A DNA stretch of 64,000 bases, taken from assembly GCA_977030845.1 (NCBI GenBank), contig OZ365113.1, forward strand, positions 33,666,001-33,730,000, read 5' to 3'. Numbering within the stretch: the stretch's first letter is position 1; each line of letters opens with the position of its first letter. Both the position numbers and the translations under genes were made by a program. This DNA comes from Fimbriosthenelais zetlandica (lineage: Eukaryota). The notes under the pieces were generated by a model. It was given only the letters and a program-made list of their open reading frames with translations, was not told the DNA's origin and ran no database searches. This document shows, one piece after another, positions 1-13,015 of the stretch.

Positions 1-327
1 CCATAACCACTGGTCCATTTTCTTGAGGTGCTCTCAATTTCTATGGGTCAACCATCAAGAAAACAGCTCAGTGGACATGGGGCTTTAATGACCATACAAA
101 ACTCTACTCACATGGACTGTCTTTCTGTAGGGGAATAAGAATCTAATGGCATGCATAGTTTTTTAAAACACCCCTAATTATCTATCAAAAAGAACCAAAG
201 CACACATCATCCCAAACCATAAAAAAGGGTATCATCTAAACTATCGAGCTATAGAAGGGTAATTCCCACCACCAGATTATGAGTGCTTAGGATTGGAGGT
301 TTGGAAATAAAAGTGTGGACCACCCAC

Positions 328-351
328 CTGAGCCTGCTGCCGTGGTGTTTT
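328..351 (-). CDS. Candidate 24-nt microexon of the LDLa gene (adds ENTTAAGS)
   Basis: Acceptor gtgtttctttcttctgtag| with a CTAAT branch-point match about 32 nt upstream; donor CAG|gtgggt. Frame-preserving and phase 1-1, matching the LDLa exon; creates an N-T-T sequon. No transcript evidence. Confidence 0.35.
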
Positions 352-1123
352 CTACAGAAGAAAGAAACACAAACAAGGCACATTAGACACATGCACTGAT
401 ATAGTGGAACAGCACCAGACATCCCCACAAAAATATATCCTTATATCCACCGGCGCTGCTGCTTCCTTAAATAACGCCTATAATCAAAGCCTTGATGGAC
501 CTAATTACAAACTTAGCAATCAATTAATAGCCGAGCTGGGAGAGAAGGCATCTTCGTCTGACAGTTGAGCACATTCTGATAACTAAGTCGGGATTTTCAC
601 TTAGAAAAATATAATTGAAAGCACTGGGGGACAGAGAATGAATAAAAAGCTGAGGGAGTGAATAGTGGAACTTAAAAGCGAGGTATTGTGGGGTATTTAG
701 GTATTTATGATGTATTTGAATGGAATACACAAGGAATTGGGATACACATGTCCTTCTACTGGGGTTATGCAAATATTTATGAATAAATAATACTAAGGTA
801 TATATAATGGGATTTTGATATAATTTAAAAATATTTTTGCTACATGCACCATACCCCAGAGTGAGTGTTTATACAAGGGTACAGACATAGTAGGATATTA
901 TAGGACATCAATACCCCATGACATGACAAATTCGAACATATAAAATTAACTAAAATTTACATTCATATATACATACATGATCAGCATTCACACATAGATC
1001 TATCATTGTCTAGTGTGTTGGGGGATCTATTATGGTCTTAACACAACTCAACACATTATGTATACGTATTACAAATATTACTAGAATAAATGATCTCTGA
1101 CAAAAGCTTTAGTTCTCGATTTA

Positions 1124-1307
1124 AGCAGGGCACCACTTGTTTGCGACACTACTGCAACAAAGGTGATGCTTGTCTCCCGATGAAAAGTGAACCCAATCGC
1201 CCTAAGACCTTGGACACTTCGACTACATTTTATAAATTGCATTCCAAGCACAAGCATCATCTTTGTCGCAGTATAGTGTCGCAATCAAAATGGAGGAAGT
1301 GCCTGAT
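1124..1307. mobile_element. MITE family B (PIF/Harbinger-like), degenerate copy
   Basis: Internal inverted arms 1141-1173 and 1250-1284 (31 of 33 positions match, with a 2-nt gap). The left arm TTGCGACACTACT..GATGATGCTTGT is shared with 50791-50981. Confidence 0.65.
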
Positions 1308-1352
1308 TTACTCTTTCCGTATACTACTATGGGTCAGTGTTGGATAATCCTA

Positions 1353-1385
1353 ACAGGGAACACAGGGAAACACAGGGGAACACAG
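1353..1385. repeat. Short tandem repeat ACAGGG(G/A)AAC x3
   Basis: Three 9-10 bp units read directly from the sequence. Confidence 0.7.
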
Positions 1386-1619
1386 ACAGCCTTTGTTCCT
1401 GTGTCTGACAGACTGAAAGACAGGTTCTTCATAAAACATAAACCAGAAGCAACTTGCCGGGTCATGTTACAGCAACAATGGTCTCAACGGAAGCAGAAGT
1501 TCATTAATAAAGTATCAATGTACTATGCTAACGTCCCGAGTGGGTAATAAAGGTAGAGCCAGGGGCTCCTCGACATTCTCCTCAGAGCAAGGATTTTCGC
1601 AACAAAACATGGTCCTGAT

Positions 1620-1831
1620 GGGGTAGCTCCACTGGTTCTTTCACTTGCGAGTGTTGCGATTTTGTTACAGCAATTCTATTCTATGTTTCTATGGCCTCAA
1701 CTGCCATATTTGTAATATCCCTTGCAAATAGATCACAATATTGGCACCCCTCGCAAATTGGAAGACCCTGCTATCGTTCAGTTACACTTGCGATTCGACA
1801 GATTCAGCAGAAAATCCAGTGGTGCTAGCCC
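1620..1831. mobile_element. MITE family A, copy 1
   Basis: Ends GGGGTAGCTCCACTGG ... CCAGTGGTGCTAGCCC form an imperfect terminal inverted repeat (TIR). The interior aligns with 10955-11150 and 35761-35967 (ttgcgagtgttgcga, ttctatggcctca, tcgcaaat). Confidence 0.8.
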
Positions 1832-4800
1832 ATAAGGAAATATTCCGATGTTGTGAATTAGAAACCAATTTCATTCTGTCACAGATAATTATATGCTCAA
1901 CTACAAGTCAGGTAATTCTTCAATTTGTGCATCATTGTTGTATGTTGTATTGCTTCCATTGAATAGACATGTATGAGTACAAGTTTTAGGGGAAGTGCAA
2001 TTTTTCGTCATTGTTTTCCACAATACATTTATTATCTTATCACGTGTAGAAAAGCACAAATGTAATTGGAATGTGGTCAAAAAGCTAGGCCTGTTGGCAT
2101 AATTTAAAACTCCATCGAATTGCGGAGAATGAATGCAAACACTATCTATCTCTGTGTCTATTGACTGGAAGTGAACTTTTCAAAGGTTCTCATATCCAAA
2201 GTAAGCACCATTCCCCCTCATTCATACCCAGTTCTGGCTGATGAAAGAAAGCGAGAGGCAGTTTGTTTTGGGGATCAATCCAATCTACACATTCCCACAT
2301 TGCCAGTGGAAGTCTTGTGCAAACAGGGAGCAAACGTGGCAATCGTTGGGCAATAACAGGAATTTGGGAGCAGGGTGAATGCTTTCTGAGAGTAAACATG
2401 ACTGGTTTGAGAAGGGATAATGATCCAAGCCTGTCCTGTTTGTACTCAAGGCATAAATGTCATAGGGGAAGAACCTGCAATGAAAAAACCAAACGCCCCT
2501 CTGGGTGTGGATAGGGTTTAGCTGATCGACACATGGCTTTTCACTGGTGAGTGACAGGGTTGAAATGGGACTGTAAACAGATATAACAAGGGGGCGTTTG
2601 GACTTCAGTATCAGTTGCTTGGTAGTCAGTCCATGTAGTTAAAATGTCATCCCGAATCGTTTGCACTTTTCTGGATGGGCTTGTTTTGTGTAAAGTTAGG
2701 GGCGCCCTGCTACTACACCTTTTTCAATGCAGCAACTGCACTGGGGTTGGTTTTCATGGCTAAAACTCCTCTCAGGATTCTTCTTGTCAGTAGTTTTTCT
2801 TTCCTTTTCTCCCACTCGTGATGATGATGGTTCCAAAGGACTTAGTGCTCCAAGCAAGCAATCACATTTTCTAACACCCCTCAAAGCAAACCTAATCTGA
2901 AAAAGGCATTCAGGCTTCAAAAAAACATCAAGTCCTTTAACGTCCATATGTGAACCACTTATGGGGGGAGGGAGAAGAGAGAGGGAGCTTAAAGCTGTCC
3001 CTATATCGGCAGGCAGCCTGGGGTAAGACCAGACAGTGCCGATCGTTGGAAGGTGCCAGCTAAATAGAACTAATCACCCATTCTAGAGCGAGAATTCTGA
3101 TTGATCTTCAGGTAGAGTGGGGATAAGGGGTGAGGGGGACAGAGGGTCGGGCCCCATGGTGCCCAAGGCATGGAAGGTGACAGAGAAGCCACTTCAATTA
3201 CACTATAATGCACGCAGACTTCACACTGTGACTGCCATCAAAGCACCCAGCCTCCCATAGCCAGCTAAATCCCGCATTAGCCATGTTTTAATGGAATGAA
3301 TTTTGTATCAAACAGAGCAGAAGAAGCGAGTCCAATGCAATGCTTTTGACAAACCTGATAAATAGATAGTGCATCGGCCCGCTTGTCTGTCTCCGAGGTC
3401 CAGGAATTCCATGTTCATTCCTTGTTTTAAGTAATACACAGAAAGCATTGCTCAGGGCGTTTTAGGCTTTGATGTGAGGATTTGCTTCATTGTGTTTCTT
3501 CTGAGAGAAAAGATTAAATCTCAGGCTATATGCTTAACTCGCTCATCCGAAGACTAAATGTGATTAAGGCAAGCGATGGATTAAAAGCCAGTCTTGATAT
3601 TTAATGCCTCTGGATTATACATACCTATTATAAATAGTTAACGCCTTTGAATAATGTCAACAATTATCTTGCTTATCTAAAGACTAAACAATGTCTGTAG
3701 CTTCATTATTTTGCCTGAGTGCTCAACATAAAGTTTGGCTAACAGCAAACAAAAAGTAACAGATGCTTCTACAAAACAACCTTCTCAAATGGCATCTGGA
3801 GTTGCCACTCACCCGTCTCTTCAGCTGAGCAAATATTCACGAATAATGGCCCAAAAAACAGTGCCCTGTATTCAATTAGTAATGCCCTTCAAGATAGCAC
3901 TACCATCACCGTTACCAATGGCAACAGAACCTGTTAATTTGGGAGTCAAATTAGGCAGTTCTTCTTCTTGTTGTTCTTAGCACTGATGCATCTGGAAAGA
4001 GTCCTGCCATTCTTGTTGATGGAAAACTGACAGGTATAATTTAAAGAAAAGTACCATGCATGCCGACTCTTTCTTTCTAGGTAGGCATATTCCGCATAAT
4101 ACCATGAACTAATAAAGGCATGGAAAGCTAAGGTGACATTCTACAGGGCGAAATCTGCTATAAGAGATTTTAAAATTAATTCCAATCATTAAAATGACTG
4201 AGGATGACACTTTGATATTTCCCACAGACGATATAAAATATATTCTGGATGAAAGGCATTCAAGTGTCATCCTTGCAAGTAAGACATGCCATTTCCTCCG
4301 ACTTCTCAGAGCTCTGCGAGTCAAGCCTTCGCCAATCCTCTCAGTAAAAAGATGTAGAGGAATAGGAGAGGGGGAGAAGTTCATAATACGAGGCGAGTAG
4401 ATCCTGATATATGGAGGTTGGAGCAGGCTAGAAGTCTCTCTGAGTCAGCCTGAGCTTCTGATCTACCAAGGCTTGTGCCATAAAGCCCTGTAAGGCTCAC
4501 TTCTGTAGCCTCTAGTCTCCGGAGGATGGTTCCCGGTATAGGCTCACTTCATCTCCTGTCACTGCCTATAACTACCCATGTCACTGGCAACTCCTTAATA
4601 AACGTCCCATTAGGCCTCCACCCTCCCATTCCACTCTCATATTGCATCATGTCAACCGTGGGCTTAAAAAATGATTGGAGACATACACTCCTCAATGATG
4701 TAAATATCAAACTGGAGGTGATTTGTTCCAGCTAATACCCACTGACATGAACTTGGTCTGGCAATGTAAATGTCTTGTAATATTTAAGATTGGCAATCGA

Positions 4801-5102
4801 CACCCCTCCTCATGCATTCCCCCACCCCTGGAGCCCCTGGTAAGATTTATGATCTGAATTAAAATAAGATCCTAAATAATTGGTAGTTGAAAGGAGACTT
4901 GGTTAAGGCATCGCTTCCCTTGCTCATTTATCGAATGATTTTGAATTTACCGAGCTCATCTTCATGAAGGCTACCTTTTAATCATTCACCCGTGCTCCTC
5001 AGAAATGTGAAACAAAAAGAGAGAATAAAATCTCCCTTACCATAAATAAAACCTCCTTCCTCCTCCACCTTGTATGAGAATCTACAAAACAGTGAATAAA
5101 TC

Positions 5103-5178
5103 AGACCAGCAACTTATTCTGACTTAGCAGTTTCAGACTGAGACCAGCAACTTATTCTGACTTAGCAGTTTGAGACTG
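5103..5178. repeat. 38-bp tandem duplication
   Basis: AGACCAGCAACTTATTCTGACTTAGCAGTTT(C/G)AGACTG x2; 37 of 38 positions identical. Confidence 0.95.
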
Positions 5179-5503
5179 AGTCCAAAGTAAAGTTTACCAC
5201 TTTAGCACTTTATCACGTTGTGATCAATACTCTGATATATAGAGGCAATGATACATAACAGTGAGTGGCTGTCTGGACGGCGAGCAGTGGTGTATTTTCA
5301 CCTATTGAATTTATGTTATCTCAGGGGGATGTTGCTGTCGTGGAGATAAGGCTTTTTTCCTGGTGGGACGTGGAGGGGCGGCTGGCAGGAGAAGCCCGGG
5401 GAGAGGTGGCCAACATAATGGATAGTGTATGTAGATCTCCACTTAACGTACAGCTTAATCCCCTCGTGGATCTTCACACGGGAAGGAGGGGATTATCCCC
5501 TGT

Positions 5504-6009
5504 TTAACCCAACACTGGCAAGTGGTGAGAATATATAGGGCTATTCTTATTCACCCGTCCTATAACAATGGAAATGGTATCAATCATGGGCTGGTTTTCT
5601 TCCTTGCAACTTTCTAAAGAAAGTTTATTTTTTATTATTTTTTTGAAGAATGGATGTACGAAGCAATAGTTTCTGATTATATGTTCCAATAAAAGTGGGA
5701 AGTATCAGTGTAGTATCTTCGCATGTTCAGGGCCATAGACACAGAAGAATAGTCTATACCATATACACAATAAATCTCTTTGTATTGATTGTGGATTTCA
5801 TCAGAAAAGGCTAATGAATAATGCAGGGTAGCTAAAGGCCCAGCATTTCTACAAGGAAATGTCATTAACCTAGCAGATCTGGTAAGGAAGTGGATGTATA
5901 CCAAGCCACCCATTGTAAGAGGGCAGAATAAAATCCCAGACCTGGCCCAGAGGAAACGTAGGTAATAAAGTAAGCCAGGCGATTGGAAGTGTTTCCTATT
6001 GTGTTGCAT
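5504..6009 (-). mobile_element. Decayed L1/Tx1-like LINE, 3' part of ORF2
   Basis: RFLWA..LFCPLTMGGL resembles the FxW...PxxxGGL RT-thumb motif, followed by HFYWN resembling the C-terminal HxFWxC motif. Frameshifted and stop-interrupted; motif recall only. Confidence 0.4.
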
Positions 6010-6947
6010 CTAAATAATAGACATCCTGTCTGTTCATCCTATCACATCTCTTTGCCACTCCATTGGTGTCCTGGACCTATTGTTATTGGGCCATGATTTC
6101 CCCCGGTTCTGCCTCTAATGGATATGGATTGACATAGGGCGAGCAAAGCAATAACCAATGGTCAAATACAGGCCATGTTCTGTCTCCATTGGAAAGGCCT
6201 TCTTCCTAGCATCAAAGGAAAATAAAAATATATCCTCAGAGCCAGCGATTCATGGCATGACTGTAGGTAAATAAAAATGGAATATTATTGCAATTTATGC
6301 GTGCCACATCTTTATTTCAGAGGGCTGGCTGTGAGCGGGGAAGGGAAGGGACAGCCTGTTTGATTTGTAGTGGCAATATATCCTTGCTCACCGCTGAGAG
6401 CCAGTGCTCCTTTCATTGCTTCATACTGGGTTTTATTTATCATCACAATCCATTGCCGCCAACGATCAACTTGCTGTAGCTAAGTTTGAGGGAAATTTCT
6501 ATAAGCGTTTTACTTTTAGTGTAACAAACTTAAATCCTATCAATCATTGAATGTTTCAATTAACTGAAATTTATTCCCAGGTCCTAATGTTGATATTACA
6601 ACAGAATCCTAAGGATTTCTTTGATATTCCTTACACATGCCTGGATGAATCACCTTGACTATAAAACATTCATATAGCCAAGCCCTCTTATGACCTGCAT
6701 ATAGAACATCAATGTGAACACCAATGTCACATGGACATTCTGGATTCTGTACCTGCAAGCTCAGAGGTCTCTAGCATAGCAAACGAATGTCTACAAGTCC
6801 CCAAGGACCCCTCCCCGATCCATCTACCAGGCTTACCTTAATCCATATCTCAGTATAGAGAGAGGCTATGGATATAGGACTAATGATAAAGTGATTGATA
6901 TGCCTATCATAGAGTGTATGTCCACACTGCTATATCCATGTACTCAC

Positions 6948-7097
6948 CTATCTTTCCACACTGGGCACTGCCGAATGGAGACTCGTCACTGAAATCCCCG
7001 CAATGGTCAACTGTGTCGCATACAAGGTCCATGTCGACGCACTTGTTGTCAGCGCATTTGAATCTCGATGATCCACAACTCCCATACTTGTCAAAAT
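6948..7097 (-). CDS. Internal coding exon encoding one LDL-receptor class A (LDLa) domain; parent gene unidentified
   Basis: Translation xFDKYGSCGSSRFKCADNKCVDMDLVCDTVDHCGDFSDESPFGSAQCGKI has the six-Cys LDLa spacing and the acidic CGDxSDE calcium cage. It is flanked by a strong acceptor (ttttttcctgtctttcag|) and donor (ATAG|gtgagta). Length 150 nt, phase 1-1, typical of shuffled extracellular modules. Confidence 0.93.
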   Translation of the reverse strand: MLTSMGVVDHRDSNALTTSASTWTLYATQLTIAGISVTSLHSAVPSVER

Positions 7098-10000
7098 CTG
7101 AAAGACAGGAAAAAAATGTTGGTTCTTTATTTTCGTCGAATCTATGTATATCATAGTATGTGTCTGAAATAATAATCAGAATATCGGAGAATGTATGCAT
7201 TTGTGTATATATTTTGAAATGGGGCTTTTGATCAAGTGCTTTGTATAGAATAGTATCAAAACATTCGGAGCCAAAGCCTTAACACCTTCTCTCAAATCCC
7301 AACATAACAAACAATTGATCCATTGGCATCACAACTTGGCACATATGACATTATATAATGTCATTATAACCTTAGAAGCTCCTGCCAAGTACTGATCGAG
7401 TAATACAGCTATATCAATGGATGAATATACAGTAATATTGGTTTTAAACGAGACATACATCTCACATTAACTTTGTGTATTGACCAGCAAAATGACACCA
7501 GAAGAGGGAGAAAGAGACTCAGAAAGAGGAAACCAATATAGCAGTTACACACTAGCATCCATGAGAATGGAACTCCCATTACAAACAGCCATGGACCCAC
7601 ATGGCCCTGACCCAAGAGGTCAAGCTAGTGTGGGCATCAAGTCCAATTGGAAAAAGAGAAACAAATTAGTGATGGTAACACGCAATGGTCAGTGGGCAGG
7701 GGTCGGGTTCTGGCGTCAGGGAACCCTCCTCACCAGTAATCTGGTTGGCAGGGAACTGAGGCATTTGGCTCGGTGGTCAGCAATGTTAACCAATTGGTGG
7801 AAAAACTGGACATTTCATGACACGGCTCCAGGGAATTAACCTTTGTCCAAAGGGTCAACTCGACTCAGTGTTGTTGGTCACTCGCTGCTTGACAACGAGC
7901 TGCAGATCCATTCATGTTATCTTCCAATTATATAGTATTTTGAAATCATAAAAAGGTTCAGCCTTAAAAACGAACACTTTTTCAATGAAAGTGGTATTAA
8001 ACGTGTTGTCATGCTATTATGTTGAAAAGAATCACTCAAAAGTATCGCATGATGAAAGCTATAGCATTTTTGTCATTCACGATACAAGTAGGCTATTTAT
8101 ATGTTATCTTAGAGCAAGTGTTGTTTACAGAAAGAAAGCCCTTTCTTACTCTAAGATGCTGTCTTCTATTTGTATTTCATTTTATAAGGGAAGGACGTGG
8201 AACATTAGCATCAACATGGGGCATGAAAAACTTATTTCATATTATTCAAAATCATACTCTCAAGACCTGTGCATGATCTGGGAATGATCAACTGGTAACA
8301 AACCAAAAGCTTTCAAGTCCATAATAGACACTTCTCTGAGCAAAAAAAAACATGGCAGGACTTAACCATACCCCAGCATACATGTTAAGAAGCAATACTT
8401 GGTAGCCAGCCCCTCCTGCTGTTCTGGCATGTAGCTGGTATCTGTATAGGGTTAAGATGCTTCCCATCTGTCGCCCCTTCATCCATCTCCACCCCACCCT
8501 CTGTCCTAACCCGTGAATGGCAGGACAGAGGAAAGGTCAAAGGGATCGCCATTCGCACCTTGAAAACAGTAACACCTGTGTATATTTCCAAGCTCCACAC
8601 GGCTACTTTCTTCTCACCTATCTAAAGTTATAGCAGATGCTATTTATTTACCACATCCGCGTGCTCTTCAGAAGACGATCCCAAGTCCAGAGTGACTGGG
8701 CATATGGTATCAAACACAGGTGATAAGAATTAGCCTGAAAACTATTCAAAATATGACCATTTCCAATCTGCACTCACAGAAACCCACTAGGTCCGAATAC
8801 TTCACATGTTTTAGATTCACTCCAAGCAGTGATATTTGCACGGAATGGTTTGCTTCACTGATATTCGTCTGAAATAGGATTTTCTGATCTTTGTCTGGGT
8901 CAGTATGGGGCCGAGTCATTAATATCCATAATGCACCAATTTGTCCTCAATCCCAGATTCCATTCACAAACCAATTATTCACGCAGCCACAAAAAAGGAA
9001 GGCAATCTATGGCAACATCCTGCTAACAAATATCAAATCAAAAAGGTGACTAATATTAACCACATCACGAGGAAATGAAAGCCCTAGGGGGTGGGGGTGG
9101 GTGTGAGGGGTGGGGTGGGTGAGGTGGATGAGGGGTGGGGGTGAGCAGGAACCAGGTGCATCTGTTATCGCTCTCACCACCCTCATCTATTAACACCTGC
9201 AATTTTTGATGGTGTAAACACAGCCATGTTAAGTGACCCATCCGACTGAGGTGAGAGCTTGTGGTGAGGTCCCGGTGTGGACATCGCCTATATTAATCCT
9301 GCACCACCCGATACATGAGAGCGGTATGATACTCAATGAAGCCAGCAGATGATTAAGGATGTTTGTGGCTGGATGTATCCGGGTGGGTCGACCTAAAACC
9401 GATCCTCCACCTGGAGAGATCAAAGCTGAGGATCATTTTTCATGAGATGTTCCCCGTGATAATGATGAAGTCTCCTGGAGGTTTGTGGTGGACGCTGACC
9501 GTAATGGCATGATCAGGGATCGCCGGCTGAGAGATGTTAAAGACATCTGAAGATCCGTAATATCAATTATTCAAATCAGTGAAACAGCCTTGTCCAAGGC
9601 TCGGATTTCAACAAAATCCTTCATGAAGCTGGTTCAAAATACCATGGACAGTTACTGAGTTCCGTAAGGGATCCTGGGATCTGGCCGATTATATGCTCCA
9701 TGATTGTTCAAGTGGTTAACTTGCCTTGCTTCAAAGATTATTAAAATTAATCAATTGCTCGTTGAACAGGCATGTTCGGCTTTTGAAACAGACACAGGAA
9801 CTGACACGAGTATAGACCTATACGCTCTATGGTCCGATATGTGGACTATATGTAATAATGTACATGTATTGAACATTATGACTGATCCATATCGATAGAG
9901 ATCAATACAGAATACATCAGCAAGCTGAGGAGAGGGTGGTAGGGTGGGATGGGGAGGGAGGGAGGGAGGGAAGGCCCTTCCAGGTAAAGCTGGTGGGTGG

Positions 10001-10954
10001 GGGAGGGGGGAGGGGGACCCTGGAGAAAACCTTCTCTGGATGGATTGCCTCAAGGGGGATCAGCAACTCTCATTTTACAAATAATCCCTGGCGACTAAAA
10101 ACAACACTTGTACCTTGAGAAAGGCTTCCTCCAGCCCACCTGGGGTAGGGTTCCGAGGAGGGATGAATATTAATACATTAATACTACAGCACACATCCAC
10201 ACATTCAGCCCTCCATACTGATGCTGTAGTATGCTACTAATAGCCATACTGATGGGAACACTTCATCGAACATCTGCCAAAATAACTTCATAGAAAAACT
10301 CAACACCAAAAGATTTATCAAATATTTAAGCATCCATCCGACAAAAATAACATGGGAGACGAATTGGCCAAATACACGGACCCAGTATAATGGGGAACAC
10401 TTCTGGCAATGGGTAAAAGAATGACTTTATCCAATTACGTTTTATGGTTTAAGTCCACATTGAAAGTTATGGGCTCTGCGCAATTTAAAGAATCAACTTG
10501 GACCGAGTCCAAATGTTCAAAAGAGAGAGATGTTGCCTTAAGTGAACATCGGCGAACTTTGATGGTTTCTTAGTGTCTTGGTGAGTGTGAGTTTTGTTGC
10601 TCTTTTTTTCCCTCGCCGGGTGAAGCAGCTGTGCCTGTTCACCCCAGCTCCCAGGACGATGCTCTACTGATAGTCCTGAAAGCCTAATGGAAGTCTGTCG
10701 ATCCGTCTGCAAACAGTAACCGATTTATACACCAAATCCCACTCCGACCAGCGCTACACTGCGAAACCCAGGGGAGAAATAGACAAAACGAGCCGCCAGC
10801 CTATAGAACAAATCCAGGAGGTGATCTGTAACTAAGAAGATTAATACTTTTTTTAAAACTCCACCATGAAGGAATGCTGTTTACTCCAAGCCGTAAATTT
10901 ATATATGTATGCGATCAGAATGGGTTTTTTTCTGTGTTCCAATGCATCTGTATT

Positions 10955-11150
10955 GGGGTTGCTCCACTGGGGTTCATTGCTTTGCGAGTTTTGCGAAATT
11001 TCTATAATACGGCCGACTTTTCTAGGGCCTCAATCGCCATATATCTCACACCACTCGCAAATAAACCACAATATAGGCATCCGTCGCAAATAGCAAGCCC
11101 CTATACTAGTGCAGTTAAACTTGCAGCAGATAATTCATTGGAGCTACCCC
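10955..11150. mobile_element. MITE family A, copy 2
   Basis: Ends GGGGTTGCTCCACTGG ... TTGGAGCTACCCC; same internal blocks as copies 1 and 3. Confidence 0.8.
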
Positions 11151-12105
11151 AATCAAGGCCCTTCTCGTATTGCAAGGGAAATCGCACTATAATTGAGGAC
11201 GGCCCTATAAGGAGGACCTCACACACGAAGTTGACAGATGCCAACCGATTTTTCGATTTCTAGGCCTAGCATTCCACCCGTCAGTAGACTGCATGCCATC
11301 CATGGATGCAGTACAAAGTGACCTTTAGACCTAATAGGCGATCCTCAGTACAGACCATTGTTGAGCATACCAAACAGTTGCACCTAAAATCAGATAACAC
11401 AGAGGTAGTTTGATTTTTCCCACACCGCCCGCTCTACATCCAATCCACTTAATCTGCGACCAAGGCCTCACATTATGACGATGCTTTACAAATCCCAACA
11501 GGATTTCAATTTCATGATTGGAAAACCGAGAGTGCAATAAATGGGATATTCAATACCGAAGGGAAACCCCATTTTTTCTCGCCTGTTTAAATTCCCACCG
11601 CAACAATGGGCCATATATTCACAGGCAGTTGGGCGTTTTTATTTATAAGCAAAGGAATTAACTTATGGCCGTGGCATTAACAATATTGCCGCATGAACAT
11701 GGTGGTAAGCATAAATTTGTCATTTATCGTCATCCATGGAAGCAGGATTATTTGGCACCTCGGAGCCAGCAATGTCCTTCCTGGCCGTGTCCTCACCATT
11801 ATAGTCTTGATTCATTACATTATTTATGTCCAATACTGCAGTACTGATGTAGAGTAAAAATGGGGGACACTAATGTAATAATGACAATGTGATCATCGGC
11901 TTATGAGTCATTTGCCATTAGAGTTTACATCAAATAAGCCTATACGTTCATCGGAGACACGGCACATATAGACATGCACAGAGATGCCATGCTTGTAACA
12001 TTATTATGTTACCTTCAACATGTGAATTACTGACACCAGGGGATCTAATTCAATGCTCATCTGGAAACCTAATTCTTACCCATAGCAATGAGTCAATCTG
12101 TGATG

Positions 12106-13015
12106 CTAATAGAACATGAGATAGGAAAGAATCAGGATAATTATCCCAGGCATTTCAAGTGTCTTTCTTGTGGGCAGCTGACCTATTATGGAAGCCCAAG
12201 CTGCGGTCTTGTAAGTGGTCAAGCTAAACATAGCAAGTCGTATCACCTTGGTAACAGGGTCAACTAATCCTATCACGTGATGCTTTGTCTTCATTTACAC
12301 TGACCACCACCCAGCCTCAGTCTTAGACCGGAAGTGAAGGGCTTCACTTCCGGTCTTGTAATGGTAGAGGTGGTGCAATTAAGGTAAATGTGGCCGCTGC
12401 TAGAGTAGACAAAAAGGAGCGACCTCCAAAACAAGAATGACACGACCAATTATTCTTACACCTCTAATTGACTAAATCTCTCAAGGTAAATAGGAATGTT
12501 TCAGAGCACAATGCAATAGAAATGTCCCAAGAACTTCTGACAATGCTTTGGGTGTCAGAAAAGAACCCAAAGGAAATTGCTCTCTTAGGCCTTGTTGTTA
12601 CTCAGAAAGCACATCTCGTGCCAGGAATGGACAACCAGAATAGGAGAGATTTTAAGTGTCCACCAAAGTCCTTTTAAATATTTCATTTCTACGACTCTTT
12701 GACCTTAATGAATCACCTTGCATACAAGAAGTGAGGAGGGGGTTCGTCTCCTACAGGAGCCGCTAGCCTGCAGGCCTGACCCCTACTTTTAGACTGCCTC
12801 CACACTGCATGTTTCACCTTTATTGGCTTTACTGTCCATCTTTGGCAAATGCTGATGGAGCGGCGCAATTTTCTCAGAGCATGAGAGGCCATTTGTTTGT
12901 ATTCTGACTTACTTGGTGCCTTAATGGTAGGGTCCCTATATTTAACAAAGAACTTACAAGAGTGGGGTATGGTAGGCAGTGTTGCTTGCTTTTCCTTGAG
13001 CAGGTTTTTGCGCAC
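12106..13015 (-). mobile_element. Possible very decayed CR1/L2-like LINE fragment
   Basis: Weak linker-like (YKQMASHALRKLRRS; KDFGGHLKS) and RT-start-like (LVDPVTKVIRL..AWASII) segments occur in the expected order. Confidence 0.2.
12325..12356. other. Perfect 15-bp inverted repeat of an ETS motif
   Basis: AGACCGGAAGTGAAG-gg-CTTCACTTCCGGTCT. Confidence 0.9.

Noticed and set aside
112-124. 13-nt segment between cccctacag| and |gtgagt on the minus strand
   Set aside because: Frame-shifting length with no supporting peptide sense; such patterns arise by chance.
2228-2237. 10-nt segment between a strong acceptor and |gtatga on the minus strand
   Set aside because: Frame-shifting length; no other support.
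8778-8868. 91-nt open exon candidate (phase 0-1) upstream of the LDLa exon
   Set aside because: The splice sites are fair, but the peptide TNISEANHSVQISLLGVNLKHVKYSDLVGF matches no domain I recognise and the region looks like decayed repeat.
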